Positions 55,340-64,000 of a DNA stretch of 64,000 nucleotides are shown in pieces. Below the pieces are notes generated by a model, which had not been told where the DNA came from, did no database searches, and worked only from the letters and a program-made list of their open reading frames with translations. The position numbers and the translations under genes are program-made. The stretch comes from Vicinamibacterales bacterium (lineage in GTDB: Bacteria > Acidobacteriota > Vicinamibacteria > Vicinamibacterales > UBA8438): NCBI GenBank assembly GCA_965202695.1, contig OZ241843.1:3968701-4032700 (forward strand). The letters run 5' to 3'. Position 1 is the stretch's first letter, and each line of letters begins with the position of its first letter.

Positions 55340-55648
55340 ATGCCGAAATCGAGACCGCCGTATGCGGCGGAGTTCCGCCGGCAGATGGTCGAGCTGGTCC
55401 GGTCGGGGCGCACGCCGGAGGCTCTGGCGCGGGAGTTCGAGCCGTCGGCCCAGGCCATCCGGAATTGGGTGGCGCAGGCCGGCCGGGATGCCGGCGAGCG
55501 CACCGACGGCCTGCGCACCGGGGAGCGTGAGGAGATGCGCCGGCTGCGTCGGGAGAACCGGCGGCTGCGGGAAGAGCGGGAGATCCTGGCAAAAGCCACG
55601 GCCTGGTTCGCGCGGGAGACCGGATCCGGGGGGTCTACCGGTTCATGA
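55340..55648 (+). CDS. IS3-family transposase OrfA (HTH)
   Basis: MPKSRPPYAAEFRRQMVELVRSGRTPEALAREFEPSAQAIRNWVAQ, followed by a leucine-zipper-like segment (EEMRRLRRENRRLREEREILAKATAWFA). A strong SD, GGAGGAGGAGG, lies at 55321-55331. Confidence 0.8.
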   Translation: MPKSRPPYAAEFRRQMVELVRSGRTPEALAREFEPSAQAIRNWVAQAGRDAGERTDGLRTGEREEMRRLRRENRRLREEREILAKATAWFARETGSGGSTGS

Positions 55649-56608
55649 GCGCGAATCAGGCCCGCTTCCGGATCGCCACCATGGCCCGGGTGCCCGGTGT
55701 CTCCCCGAGCGGGTACTATGCGTGGCGTCGGCGGGGTGCGTCCGTCCGGGCGCAGGCTGACGCGGACCTGACGGTCCGCGTCAGCGCGATCCACGCCCGC
55801 AGCCGCGGGACGTATGGCGCGCCCCCCGGATTCACGCGGAACTGTCGGCAGGCGGGGCCGCGGTGAGCCGCAAGCGGGTGGCGCGGGTGATGCGTGCGGC
55901 GGGCATTGCGGGGGTGAGCCGGCGCCGCGGGCCGCGCACGACGCGGCGGGCGGTGCGGGTCCGGCCGGCCCCGGATCGGGTCGAGCGCCGTTTCGAGGCG
56001 GCGGGACCGAACCGGCTGTGGGTCGCCGACATCACGTATGTCCCGACGCTGGCCGGCTTCCTCTATCTGGCCGTCGTCCTCGACGTGTTCAGCCGGCGGG
56101 TCGTGGGTCAGGCGATGGCGGCGCACCTGCGCACGGCGCTGGTGACCGGGGCGCTGGAGATGGCCGTGAAGCAGCGCCGTCCGGCGGCGGTGATCCATCA
56201 CTCCGACCAGGGCTGCCAGTACACGTCGCCAGCCTTCGGCGCCCGCTGTCAGGAATGGGGCGTGACGCCGTCGATGGGTTCGGTCGGCGACTGCTTCGAC
56301 AACGCGATGGCCGAGAGCTTCTTCGCGACGCTGGAGTGCGAGTTGCTCGACCGCACGAAGTAGGCGACGCACGCCGAGGCGCGGTCGGCCGTGTTCACGT
56401 TCATCGAAGGTGGTACAACACGCGGCGGCGTCATTCCGCGTCAGGCTACCTGTCGCCGCTGGATTTCGAACGTCTCCGGGAGACGGCGCCCGCGGACGGG
56501 GGCCGGCCCGGCGAGGCGCTCGCACCCGCGGGCCGGGTTGCGTCCGGCGCGCCGGCGCCGGCCGGCGTCGTCACCGGCGTTGCTGCCGGAAACACGGGGA
56601 GGGCGTGA
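55621..56608 (+). pseudogene. IS3-family transposase OrfB (integrase core), inactivated
   Basis: The -1 frame relative to orfA reads RIRGVYRFMSANQARFRIATMARVPGVSPSGYYAW. There is a frameshift in the C6 run at 55822-55827 (YGAP|RIHAEL). The DDE core is RLWVADITYV...HHSDQGCQYTS...DNAMAESFF. There is an in-frame TAG at 56361-56363 and a 1-nt deletion near 56410 (EG|WYNTRRRHSASGYLSPLDFE). Confidence 0.8.
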
Positions 56609-56900
56609 TGGCGCACAGGCGCACGGCTCGCCTTCGCCTTCGCGGGGCGGACCGCCGTGAAGCGGCGTCGGCGGACCGACCGGGCGCCGGGGGCGCTGTG
56701 GACCTGCCCGGCCTGTGGACGCCCGCGGGGCGTCGCGCTGTATCGCAGATCGGCGCGGCGGGCGCCCACAGGCCGTTGGAAATCTCGCGGGCGATCGCTG
56801 CCGCCGGCGCCTGCGCCGAGGCCGCGAGATTCCCACAGGTCCACAGCGCTTTCCTCGTTGATGACTCACACGGAAAACCCCGTCCATCCGGGGACCTGTC

Positions 56901-57842
56901 ATGATGGGAACCCAAGCGTTAACCTGTCCACGGAATCGAGGCAACCTCAGCGGCGAGACGGGGCGGGCGGCCGAAGTCCTGTCGCAGGGCGGGTGGCGTC
57001 AGTGGCGGCACCTGACCCGCGGGGTCAGGAAACTGTTCCACCGGGTGCGCTCGACGCGGCGGGCGACTCCGGAGCACGTGGAGGCGTATCTGGACCGCTG
57101 CCGCACCCTGGTCTATCGGGCGGCGGAAACCCTCGACGAGTTGCGTGCCGGGGGCGTAGCGGAACATGTCTGCCGCGACATCGGGGGCCTTGCCGTTCAC
57201 GCCTGGCGACAGATCGACCACGTGGACCGGCGGCTTTTGCGGGGCGAGACGATTCCTCAGGCGGAGAAGGTCTTTCCGATCTTCGAGGAGCACACGCGCT
57301 GGGTTTCCAAGGGGAAAGCGGGCACGCCGGTGGAACTCGGAGTGCCTGTCGCCATCATCGAGGACCAGTATCAGTTCATCCTTCACCACCGGATCATGTG
57401 GAAAGAGGAGGACGTGGACGTGGCGGTGTCGATGGTGACGGAAACGCAGGAACGGTTTCCTGCGTTGCGGGCGTGCAGTTTCGACCGGGGCTTTCACAGC
57501 CCCGACAACCGGGTCCGGCTCGACGCGATGCTCGACGTCAACGCGCTGCCCCGAAAGGGGCGTCTTTCGAAAGCCGACCTGGAGCGGGAAGCGGCGGAAC
57601 CCTTCGCGGCGGCGCGGCGGGCGCATCCGGCGGTCGAGTCGGCCATCAACGGATTGGAACATCGAGGCCTCGACCGTGTCTACAGTTATGGCGCTGACGG
57701 TTTCGCACGGATGGTCGCGCTGTCGATGCTGGCCGCCAACCTGCATCGCATCGGGTTCATCCTGCAGAAACGCGAGCGCAAAAACGACGACAACGACACC
57801 GCGCTGCCTGAGCGGCGCGGTGTCGACCCTGGCTCGATTTGA
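56901..57842 (+). pseudogene. ISNCY-like (ISDol1-type) transposase, 5'-truncated
   Basis: AEKVFPIFEEHTRWVSKGKAGTPVELGVPVAIIEDQYQFILHHRIMW...RACSFDRGFHSPDNRV...LPRKGR matches the conserved core of proteins usually annotated as ISNCY-family transposases. Only about 300 aa are present, against my recollection of roughly 450 aa for the full protein. Confidence 0.45.
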
Positions 57843-57904
57843 CCCGTCGCAAGACGGCAGGATGTTCCTGTCTCTGAACGTCGGCATCCGGGCTGCGTGG
57901 TGTG

Positions 57905-58349
57905 GCTCAGACCGGTGGCCTTCGCCATGCCGCGCGTACTCCAGTGAGTGGCGCCGGGCGGAGTCGATTCCAGGGTCCGCACCACCACGTCTTCGACCTG
58001 CGTGTCGGTGATGCGGCGCGGGGCGCCCGGTCTCGGTTCGTCGGTCAGGCCGTCGATTCGGTCTGCAAGAAAGCGGGTGCGCCACTTGCAGACCGTGGTC
58101 GGGGACAGGTGCAGGCGCCTGGCGATGCCGGTGGTCGGCTGGCCGTCGGCACAGGCCAGGATGACGCGGGCGCGTCGCGCGCGCTGCGGGGCGGTGCGCG
58201 ACCGATGGGCCAGCGAGGTCAGGGCTTGCCGTTCGTCGTCCGTCAGGACGACCGGTGTCGGGGTGCGTCCTCTGCGCATGGGTGCCTCCTGGGGAGGACA
58301 GACGACACCGCCCTTGATGATGTTTCACTTTTTCTCTGACGGGACACTA
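57905..58349 (-). pseudogene. IS630-family transposase, N-terminal fragment with its terminal repeat
   Basis: MRRGRTPTPVVLTDDERQALTSLAHRSRTAPQRARRARVILACADGQPTTGIARRLHLSPTTVCKWRTRFLADRIDGLTDEPRPGAPRRITD...PPGATHWSTRGMAKATGLSHTT. Similarity is then lost and the DDE domain is absent. The element end is GATGTTTCACTTTTTCTCTGACGGGACAC, abutting TA at 58348-58349. Confidence 0.7.
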
Positions 58350-58351
58350 GC

Positions 58352-58504
58352 TCAGCGGCCGCTACGAGGACTACTGGGAGCGGCGAGCCGCCCGCGCCGC
58401 CTGACGGGCCTCACTAATCTGACGTGCACCCCGACGGGGTGCCCGGCTCCCGAATCAGACGCGCACCCGGCAGACGGATCGGATACCGATTTCCCGCCGC
58501 CTAC
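58352..58504. repeat. direct repeat copy 2 flanking the IS nest
   Basis: It starts 2 nt after the IS630 end and ends at the PQQ-dehydrogenase stop codon (cta, 58501-58503). Relative to copy 1, it carries an extra internal segment of about 45 nt (58393-58450) that includes the hairpin CACCCCGACGGGGTG. Confidence 0.8.
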
Positions 58505-60594
58505 CGCCGCAGGGCGAACACGTACAGCGCGTTGCCGGTGTCGGGGTGCGCGACGTCGGGGCTGAGCAGCGCCGGCACCCGGCGCGGGCTGCCCCCGCCG
58601 AGCCCCGTCGGCACGGCGACGTACTGGACGCCGTCGACCCCGTAGGTCACCGGGAACCCCTGCACCGAGGTCCCGAGCCGGGTCTCCCACAGGACCTCGC
58701 CGGTGGCCGCGTCGAAGGCGCGGAACCAGCGGTCGACGTCGCCCGCGAACGCGAGGCCGCCGCCGGTGGTCAGGACCGCGGTCGTGAACGCGGCCCGCTG
58801 CTCGACGCTCCAGCGTTCCTCGAGGGTGTCGACGTCCCAGGCCGCCAGCCGGCCGAGGTTGCCGCCGGTCCCCGGCATCTCGAACCACTTCCGGTCGGCC
58901 TGCGTGCCGCCCGAGCCGATCTCCAGGGGCACCTCGCGGCCCGCGATCTCGAGGCAGCTCTGGCTGAGGGGGATGACCAGCAGCCGGGTCTCGGGGCTGA
59001 AGGCGGTCGCGTGCCAGTTGTGGCCGCCGGCGGTGCTGGGACACACCGACACCCAGTCGCCGATGCCGGCGTCGGCGATGTCCTGCCGGTAGGTCACCGC
59101 GCCGGTGTCGGGGTCGATGGCCTCGAACACGTTCTGGAAGACGGTCTCCGCGTGCCCGAGGAACGCGCCGGTCTCGCGGTCGAGCTTCCAGAGGATGCCG
59201 TGCTTGCCGATGGTGTAGAGGGCCCGGCGCCCCCCGCTGTCGATCAGCACCTGCTCGAACCCCTCGTCGAGGTCGAGGGCCTCGCCGGGCACGTGCTGGC
59301 GGTACCAGCGGATGGAGCCGTCGGCGGGGTCCAGGGCGAGGGTCGAGTTGGTGTAGAGGGCCGGGTCGTGGACGGTCAGCCCCCGGCTGGCGGGCACCCA
59401 CGGCTTGGCCTGGGCGACCGGCCAGTACAGCAGGTCCAGGTCGGGGTCGTAGCTGCCCGGGATCCAGGAATCGCCGCCGCCCCGCAGGGCCAGCGGCAGG
59501 TCGCCCCACGTGTCGCCGCCCGGGTCGCCGGGGGCGGCGATGGTGAGACGGCGCCACATCTCCTCGCCGGTGGCCGCGTCGTGGGCGGTGACGAAGCAAC
59601 TGTCCGGCATGAACCGCGAGCATCCGTTGATGCCGTTGATCACCCGCCCGCCCGCCACGATCGGCCCGCTCGAGTTCGCGTAGCCGTCGGCGTGGTCGGC
59701 CATCCGCGTCTCCCACGCGAGGTCGCCCGTCCGGCTGTCGAGGGCCACGACGAACGCGTCGCGGGTCCCCATGTACAGCTTGTCCCCGTAGATCGCGAGG
59801 TTCCGGCTGTTCGCGCCCCGCAGGGCCTCGGGCAGCGGCCGGCGGTACTCCCACAGCAGCGTGCCGTCGGCGGCGTCGAGGGCCTGGACGACGTTGCCGG
59901 GGCTGGTCAGGTACATCACCCCGTCGTACACGAGGGGCGTCGGCTGGTTGCGGCCGTCTCCCATCGCCCACACCCACGCGAGCTGCAGGCCGCCGACGTT
60001 GCCGCGGTCGATCTGGTCGAGGGGGCTGTGCCCCCAGCCGTCCCAGGTGCGCCGGTACATCAGCCAGTCGTCGGGGTCGGGTTCGCGCAGCATCGCGTCG
60101 GTCACCGGGACCCGTTCCGCGATCGGCCGGAAGCGCCGCGTCCCCCCCTGGAAGCCGGCCGGCGCGGCCGGGGCCGGCGCCCCGCCCGACGGCGCCGTCA
60201 CCCCGCCCAGGGCGACCGCGCCGGCCTCGAAGCCGTTCTCCTGCAGGACGTAGGCGACGACGCTGGCGTACTCCTCCGGCGCCAGCGAGCCGCCCGCCCC
60301 CGGCGGCATCGTGAGCCGCACCAGCTCGATCAGCTCCGCGACGGGCCGTTCCTCCCACGCGCCCCGGAACGTCGGCCCCGCCAGCGCCGGCGCCTCGAAC
60401 GAACCGCCGAGGTCCGGCAGGTGGCAGGCCGCGCACGTCCGTTCGTAGATGGCCGCGCCGGCGTCCGCCTCCGCCGCGGTGTACGCGGCCGACGCGAGCT
60501 GCGCCGACGCCGCGAGAGGCGCCGCCGTCAGCGCCGCCGCGCCTGCCAGGATTCCCCAACCGCCCCGGTACCGGCCGTACAGTCCTCGAAGCAT
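58501..60594 (-). CDS. cytochrome c-fused PQQ-type eight-bladed beta-propeller dehydrogenase
   Basis: The ATG at 60592-60594 opens [31 protein letters not shown] (signal peptide). The heme-c motif is CAACH. Eight propeller blades carry A-x-D-x-x-T/D-G-x-x-x-W motifs ([55 protein letters not shown] and others). The upstream 450 aa of the track ORF are junk. Confidence 0.8.
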   Translation of the reverse strand: MLRGLYGRYRGGWGILAGAAALTAAPLAASAQLASAAYTAAEADAGAAIYERTCAACHLPDLGGSFEAPALAGPTFRGAWEERPVAELIELVRLTMPPGAGGSLAPEEYASVVAYVLQENGFEAGAVALGGVTAPSGGAPAPAAPAGFQGGTRRFRPIAERVPVTDAMLREPDPDDWLMYRRTWDGWGHSPLDQIDRGNVGGLQLAWVWAMGDGRNQPTPLVYDGVMYLTSPGNVVQALDAADGTLLWEYRRPLPEALRGANSRNLAIYGDKLYMGTRDAFVVALDSRTGDLAWETRMADHADGYANSSGPIVAGGRVINGINGCSRFMPDSCFVTAHDAATGEEMWRRLTIAAPGDPGGDTWGDLPLALRGGGDSWIPGSYDPDLDLLYWPVAQAKPWVPASRGLTVHDPALYTNSTLALDPADGSIRWYRQHVPGEALDLDEGFEQVLIDSGGRRALYTIGKHGILWKLDRETGAFLGHAETVFQNVFEAIDPDTGAVTYRQDIADAGIGDWVSVCPSTAGGHNWHATAFSPETRLLVIPLSQSCLEIAGREVPLEIGSGGTQADRKWFEMPGTGGNLGRLAAWDVDTLEERWSVEQRAAFTTAVLTTGGGLAFAGDVDRWFRAFDAATGEVLWETRLGTSVQGFPVTYGVDGVQYVAVPTGLGGGSPRRVPALLSPDVAHPDTGNALYVFALRR

Positions 60595-60638
60595 CGGCCC
60601 CCCCTCCGTCGTGTCCGGGGCCATCGTACATGCGGGAC

Positions 60639-60746
60639 GCGGCGACCGCCAGTGCGGTGAGCCTGCGACCCCACGGCGGCTGCGGCGGTCCATGATTGGC
60701 GGCATGTAGGGCGGCGACCGCCAGTGCGGTGAGCTTACGACCCCAC
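60639..60746. repeat. 36-bp direct repeat, two copies 72 bp apart
   Basis: GCGGCGACCGCCAGTGCGGTGAGCCTGCGACCCCAC at 60639-60674 and GCGGCGACCGCCAGTGCGGTGAGCTTACGACCCCAC at 60711-60746 differ at 2 positions. The second copy contains the TonB-receptor stop codon (TAA, 60735-60737). Confidence 0.85.
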
Positions 60747-62990
60747 CGAGATCCCGACGTAGACCGCCCGAGGCGTCGCGCTGGTCACGGGCCGGCGCTC
60801 GCGGAAGTCGGGAGACCAGGCGTACGCGAGGACGTTGTATCGATCCAGCACGTTCGTCACGCCGCCGAACAGGACGACCGGCGCCCCGTCCAGGTTCGCG
60901 AGAAGGTCCACCGACAGATCCAGCCGCCCGTACCGCGGCGCCCGCTGCGAGTTGATCGGCCCGAACACCGGTTCGTAGCCCGTGTCGCGCAGCCGCGCGG
61001 CCACGACCGGCGTCCAGGGCCGGCCGGAGGCGATCCGCCATCGGACGCCGAACGTCACCGCCGGCGTCACCTCGATCAGCGCCGTCAGCCGCAGGTTGTG
61101 CGGAATCGAGAAGTCGGGCGTCCACGTCCCGGCCGGCAGGTCGTAGCGATCCCGTTGATCCACGGGCGTCCACCGCCGCGCCGCCCGCAGCCAGCCGTAG
61201 GTGACTCGCACGTCGACCGCCCGCCACGCGCCCCGCGCGGAGACGTCGACGCCGGCCGCCGATCCATGGCCGCCGGCCGAGAATCCGGGACCGGAGCCTC
61301 CGTCGTCGACCGCGGGAATCTCCAGGGGCAGATCGCGGTAGCGCTTGCGGTACGCCTCGAGACGCACCGCGAAGGGACCGTCGTCCGCGCCGTATTCGTA
61401 GCCGAAGACCCAGTGCGTCGCCCGCATGGGAGGCAGCCGCGCCGCGCCGCGCCGGCGGTCGTAGTACAGCGGGGGCGGCGCCTGGTGGTAGAGACCCCAG
61501 GCCATGCGCACCCGCTGCGCGTCGCCCGCCGGAACGAGCAGACTCAGGCGCGGGGCGACCGTCGTCTCGGCGGCGCGCCGGAAGCGGTCGATCCGTACTC
61601 CCAGGTTCGGGACGACGACGCCCGCGCTTCCTTCGATCTCCGCCCAGGCGCCGACCCGCCGGTCGTCGAGCGCGACGTCGAAATCGGAGACGCCGCCGAT
61701 TCCGGTGAAGTCCTGCCCCCGCGTCGGAACGAATCCAACGGCCGCGGTCTGCGTCGAGCCGCCGTCCGCGCCCGTCCGCAGCAGCCAGCGCCCGGCGTCG
61801 CCCGACAGGTCCGCGCGCCAGGACACGCGGCGGTCGCCCACTTCGACGTCCAGCACGCCGGCGCCGGTGCGCCGTTCGTACCGACTCCATCCGGCGGCGG
61901 CCGCCGCCAGCCAGCCCCGGCCGACCGCGCGTTCCCACCGCGCCGAGTACAGCCGGTTGGCGGTCGTCGACGTCAGGAACCCGCGAAAGGCGTCCGCTTC
62001 GAGCTCGACGCCCACTTCGTCCTCGGCCGCGACGGCGAGCACCTTGAACGATCCGAAAGTCTCGGAGTCGTAGTGTCCGCTGACGTTGACGTCCCGGCCG
62101 TTGGGGTGACGGGAGAACGGCCGCCGCGAACCGTTGAGGGCGAACAGCGGCCGGGTGTCGATCCAGTTGCCGGACGCGCGAACGCCGCCGCGCGCGCCGA
62201 CCGGCAGTCCGCTTCGTCCGGAGACGCCCGCCAGCCCCGCCGTCGCCGCGCCGGACGCGCGAGTCGGCCGGCCCAACCCCTGCATGTCAATGACCGCGCT
62301 GAGCACGTTGCCGTACCGGGCGGGGAACCCGCCGCTGCTGAACGCCACGTCCTCGAGCAGGAACGGATCGACCGTACCCGCCGCGCCGCCCTCGCCCGCG
62401 GCCGTCTCGTAGCGGTAGGGATGATGAAGCACGGCGCCGTCCAGCAGCACCAGCACTTCGTCGGGATTGCCGCCGCGCACGAACAGGCCCGCCCCGTCGC
62501 CCACCTGCGTCACTCCTTCGACGTCCTGCAAGGCGCGCAGCACGTCGGCCCGCGAGCCCGGGACCCGCACGACGTCGAGCGCCGTCAACCGTTCCGTGGA
62601 CGGCGCCGGCGGCGGCGGCCGGACCCCGACGACGCGGACGGTCTCGGTCACCGCGGCCAGATCGAGCACGATCCGCAAGTCGTCCGCGCCGGCGTCCAGG
62701 TCGACGCCGTGCTCCGCCGGGCGGAACCCGGCGAGGAAGGCGACCACCACCTGCCGGCCGCGAAGTCCGGAGACCAGCTCGAACCGACCGTCCGCGCCGG
62801 TGACCACGCTGCCGACGTCGCCGCGCACGTAGACCCGCACACCCGGCAGGGCCGTATCGGTGGTATCCAGCACGACACCGCGCACGACCGCCGGCTGTCG
62901 GGCGGCCGCGGCCGGCCCGGCCAGCCCCAGACCAGCCTGCAACGTGACGGCGACCAACGTCCCGCGGACCGCCCCCGGCCTTGCCGCCAT
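60735..62990 (-). CDS. TonB-dependent receptor with an N-terminal CarboxypepD_reg-like domain
   Basis: Signal peptide [29 protein letters not shown], the domain [20 protein letters not shown]...TGADGRFEL, the plug ([32 protein letters not shown]), and a long beta-barrel. The track ORF begins at 63119; the ATG at 62988-62990 gives a better signal peptide. Confidence 0.85.
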   Translation of the reverse strand: MAARPGAVRGTLVAVTLQAGLGLAGPAAAARQPAVVRGVVLDTTDTALPGVRVYVRGDVGSVVTGADGRFELVSGLRGRQVVVAFLAGFRPAEHGVDLDAGADDLRIVLDLAAVTETVRVVGVRPPPPAPSTERLTALDVVRVPGSRADVLRALQDVEGVTQVGDGAGLFVRGGNPDEVLVLLDGAVLHHPYRYETAAGEGGAAGTVDPFLLEDVAFSSGGFPARYGNVLSAVIDMQGLGRPTRASGAATAGLAGVSGRSGLPVGARGGVRASGNWIDTRPLFALNGSRRPFSRHPNGRDVNVSGHYDSETFGSFKVLAVAAEDEVGVELEADAFRGFLTSTTANRLYSARWERAVGRGWLAAAAAGWSRYERRTGAGVLDVEVGDRRVSWRADLSGDAGRWLLRTGADGGSTQTAAVGFVPTRGQDFTGIGGVSDFDVALDDRRVGAWAEIEGSAGVVVPNLGVRIDRFRRAAETTVAPRLSLLVPAGDAQRVRMAWGLYHQAPPPLYYDRRRGAARLPPMRATHWVFGYEYGADDGPFAVRLEAYRKRYRDLPLEIPAVDDGGSGPGFSAGGHGSAAGVDVSARGAWRAVDVRVTYGWLRAARRWTPVDQRDRYDLPAGTWTPDFSIPHNLRLTALIEVTPAVTFGVRWRIASGRPWTPVVAARLRDTGYEPVFGPINSQRAPRYGRLDLSVDLLANLDGAPVVLFGGVTNVLDRYNVLAYAWSPDFRERRPVTSATPRAVYVGISVGS

Positions 62991-63155
62991 GACGCCCGTC
63001 ACGATAGACGGCAGCGCACGTTGCGGCGACAGGCAGGCGACGAAACCGCCGTCACGGGAAAGATGGACACGGATTCCGACGTCGAAACGGACGCACGCGC
63101 AGCCGCCCCGCGCAGGCATGGCAGCCCGTGATGAAAATCCCCGCTGTATTGGCCG

Positions 63156-63923
63156 TCACATGCGCCGGAACAGGTGTCCGTACCCGGCGCTCACCCGCAG
63201 CACCTCCGGACGACCCTTCAGCGTCAGGCGATAACGGCCGCGCAGGTCACGACGCGCCGACTCCACCGCCGCGACGTTGACGATGCCGCCGCGATGAACG
63301 CGCCAGAAGCACTCCGGGTCGAGGCGTGCGGCAAGCTCCGCGATGGGCATGCGGACGAGATGCTCCTTGTTGCGCGTCACCGCGGCGGTGTACTTGTGAT
63401 CCGAGCGAAAGAAGCAAACGTCGTCGACGGCGACGATCTCCACCCGTTCCCCGTGCCCGACACGCAGCCAATGCAGATACTCCGGCGCGTTCGCAAGGCG
63501 GCGGATCAGCGACTCCAGTTCCCGCCGGCCGGGCGCGGCACGTACGTTGCCGGTCAACCATCGTTTCAGCCGACTCACCGACTCCAGGAGACGCGGCCCC
63601 GTCACCGGCTTGAGGAGATAGTCCACGGCCGCCCGTTCGAACGCCTCCACGGCGTGATCGTCGTACGCCGTCACGAATACGACGGCGGTGTGCGCGCCGA
63701 TCTCCCGGGCCACGTCGAGGCCCGTCGGAGGCGGCATGCGGACATCCAGGAAGGCCACGTCAGGATGCAACCGATTGACGGCCCCGAGGGCCGACGCACC
63801 ATCCGCCACCGACGCAGAGACGTTCAGCTCGGGCCACGCGTCTGCGAGCAGCCTTTGCAGATCCTCCCGCAACGCTGCCTCGTCATCGGCGATCAGCGCG
63901 GTCGGGACCCGGCGGACGCTCAT
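63156..63923 (-). CDS. LytR/AlgR-family response regulator (REC + LytTR DNA-binding domain)
   Basis: The receiver domain has ALIADDE...DVAFLDVRMP...LLKP. The LytTR domain has VDDVCFFRSDHKYTAAVTRNKEHLVRMPIAELAARLDPECFWRVHRGGIVN. Confidence 0.9.
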   Translation of the reverse strand: MSVRRVPTALIADDEAALREDLQRLLADAWPELNVSASVADGASALGAVNRLHPDVAFLDVRMPPPTGLDVAREIGAHTAVVFVTAYDDHAVEAFERAAVDYLLKPVTGPRLLESVSRLKRWLTGNVRAAPGRRELESLIRRLANAPEYLHWLRVGHGERVEIVAVDDVCFFRSDHKYTAAVTRNKEHLVRMPIAELAARLDPECFWRVHRGGIVNVAAVESARRDLRGRYRLTLKGRPEVLRVSAGYGHLFRRM

Positions 63924-64000
63924 CCTGCCCCCACGCCCACCGCCAACGTCAGCGGGATCCGGAGATTCACGCTGACTCCCCCTCCCGGCGCATCGGTGAT
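63920..64000 (-). CDS. sensor histidine kinase, C-terminal end only (gene continues beyond the window)
   Basis: The frame reads ...ITDAPGGGVSVNLRIPLTLAVGVGAG, and its stop (TGA, 63920-63922) overlaps the regulator ATG (ATGA). This looks like the end of an HATPase_c domain. The assignment rests mostly on position. Confidence 0.45.
   Translation of the reverse strand: MTDAPGGGVSVNLRIPLTLAVGVGAG

Larger units (their letters stand above)
55298..56660 (+). mobile_element. IS3-family insertion sequence, decayed (boundaries tentative)
   Basis: It carries orfA and a -1-frame orfB with an rve core. The candidate terminal inverted repeats are TCACGGAGTCCCGCCC at 55298-55313 and GGGCGGACCGCCGTGA at 56645-56660, matching at 13 of 16 positions as reverse complements. 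No target-site duplication was seen. Confidence 0.5.

Noticed and set aside
54980-55648. The single 222-aa ORF in the track, treated as one protein.
   Set aside because: Its C-terminal 102 aa are a complete IS3 OrfA with its own strong SD (GGAGGAGGAGG) and ATG at 55340. The upstream part has different composition and is joined only because no stop happens to intervene.

Overview
This is a GC-rich chromosomal segment (roughly 70% GC judged by eye, not computed) from a diderm bacterium. The gene content suggests an Acidobacteriota-like lineage, but that is inference only: futalosine-type menaquinone genes, LpxI, an ADOP-type permease, a CarboxypepD_reg-type TonB receptor and HspR. Nearly all genes are on the minus strand, and many are joined by 4-nt ATGA/GTGA stop/start overlaps.

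Layout:
- 0-1.9 kb: a CI/LexA-like S24 repressor, an unrecognised divergent partner gene, and an operator-like repeat region between them.
- 1.9-5.2 kb: dgt-like, miaA and a TonB-like gene.
- 5.2-11.8 kb: futalosine/menaquinone cluster with ubiE, ubiX, ubiA-like, an amidohydrolase, a radical-SAM MqnE/C, mqnA, and an MqnE/C paralog that has lost its Fe-S cysteine motif.
- 11.9-18.4 kb: envelope cluster with a Gfo/Idh/MocA gene, lpxI, a fused fabZ-lpxA, skp and bamA.
- 18.5-32.2 kb: housekeeping genes (clpC, lolDC, lysS, nusB, ribH, a crotonase, small membrane proteins, a PfkB kinase, MTAP, methylmalonyl-CoA epimerase, meaB, an acyl-CoA dehydrogenase).
- 32.2-36.5 kb: an accessory patch of lower GC. 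It holds 74-bp tandem repeats, a small OMP, an orphan Panacea/DUF4065 antitoxin-like gene, an internally deleted ADOP permease, a redoxin gene remnant, a (CTAG)3 12-mer and two paralogous secreted proteins.
- 36.5-50.3 kb: hemW, a DnaC/DnaI-like ATPase, hspR-dnaJ-dnaK (no grpE), prfB with its +1 frameshift, plsY, a SPOR protein, stomatin-nfeD, mobA and argS.
- 50.4-64 kb: one co-directional array of a LytTR two-component system, a TonB receptor, a cytochrome c-PQQ propeller dehydrogenase, a 4-kb nest of four decayed IS elements bracketed by imperfect 110-150-bp direct repeats, a cytochrome c/PHM-like protein and an FG-GAP propeller protein.

I could not recognise any rRNA, tRNA or CRISPR array. 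I found no single clearly novel multi-gene system. The most unusual items are the Fe-S-less MqnE/C paralog, the FabZ-LpxA fusion, the orphan Panacea gene in the accessory patch, the paralogous secreted pair, the repeat-bracketed IS nest that splits the PQQ/cytochrome array, and the dnaK promoter palindrome.
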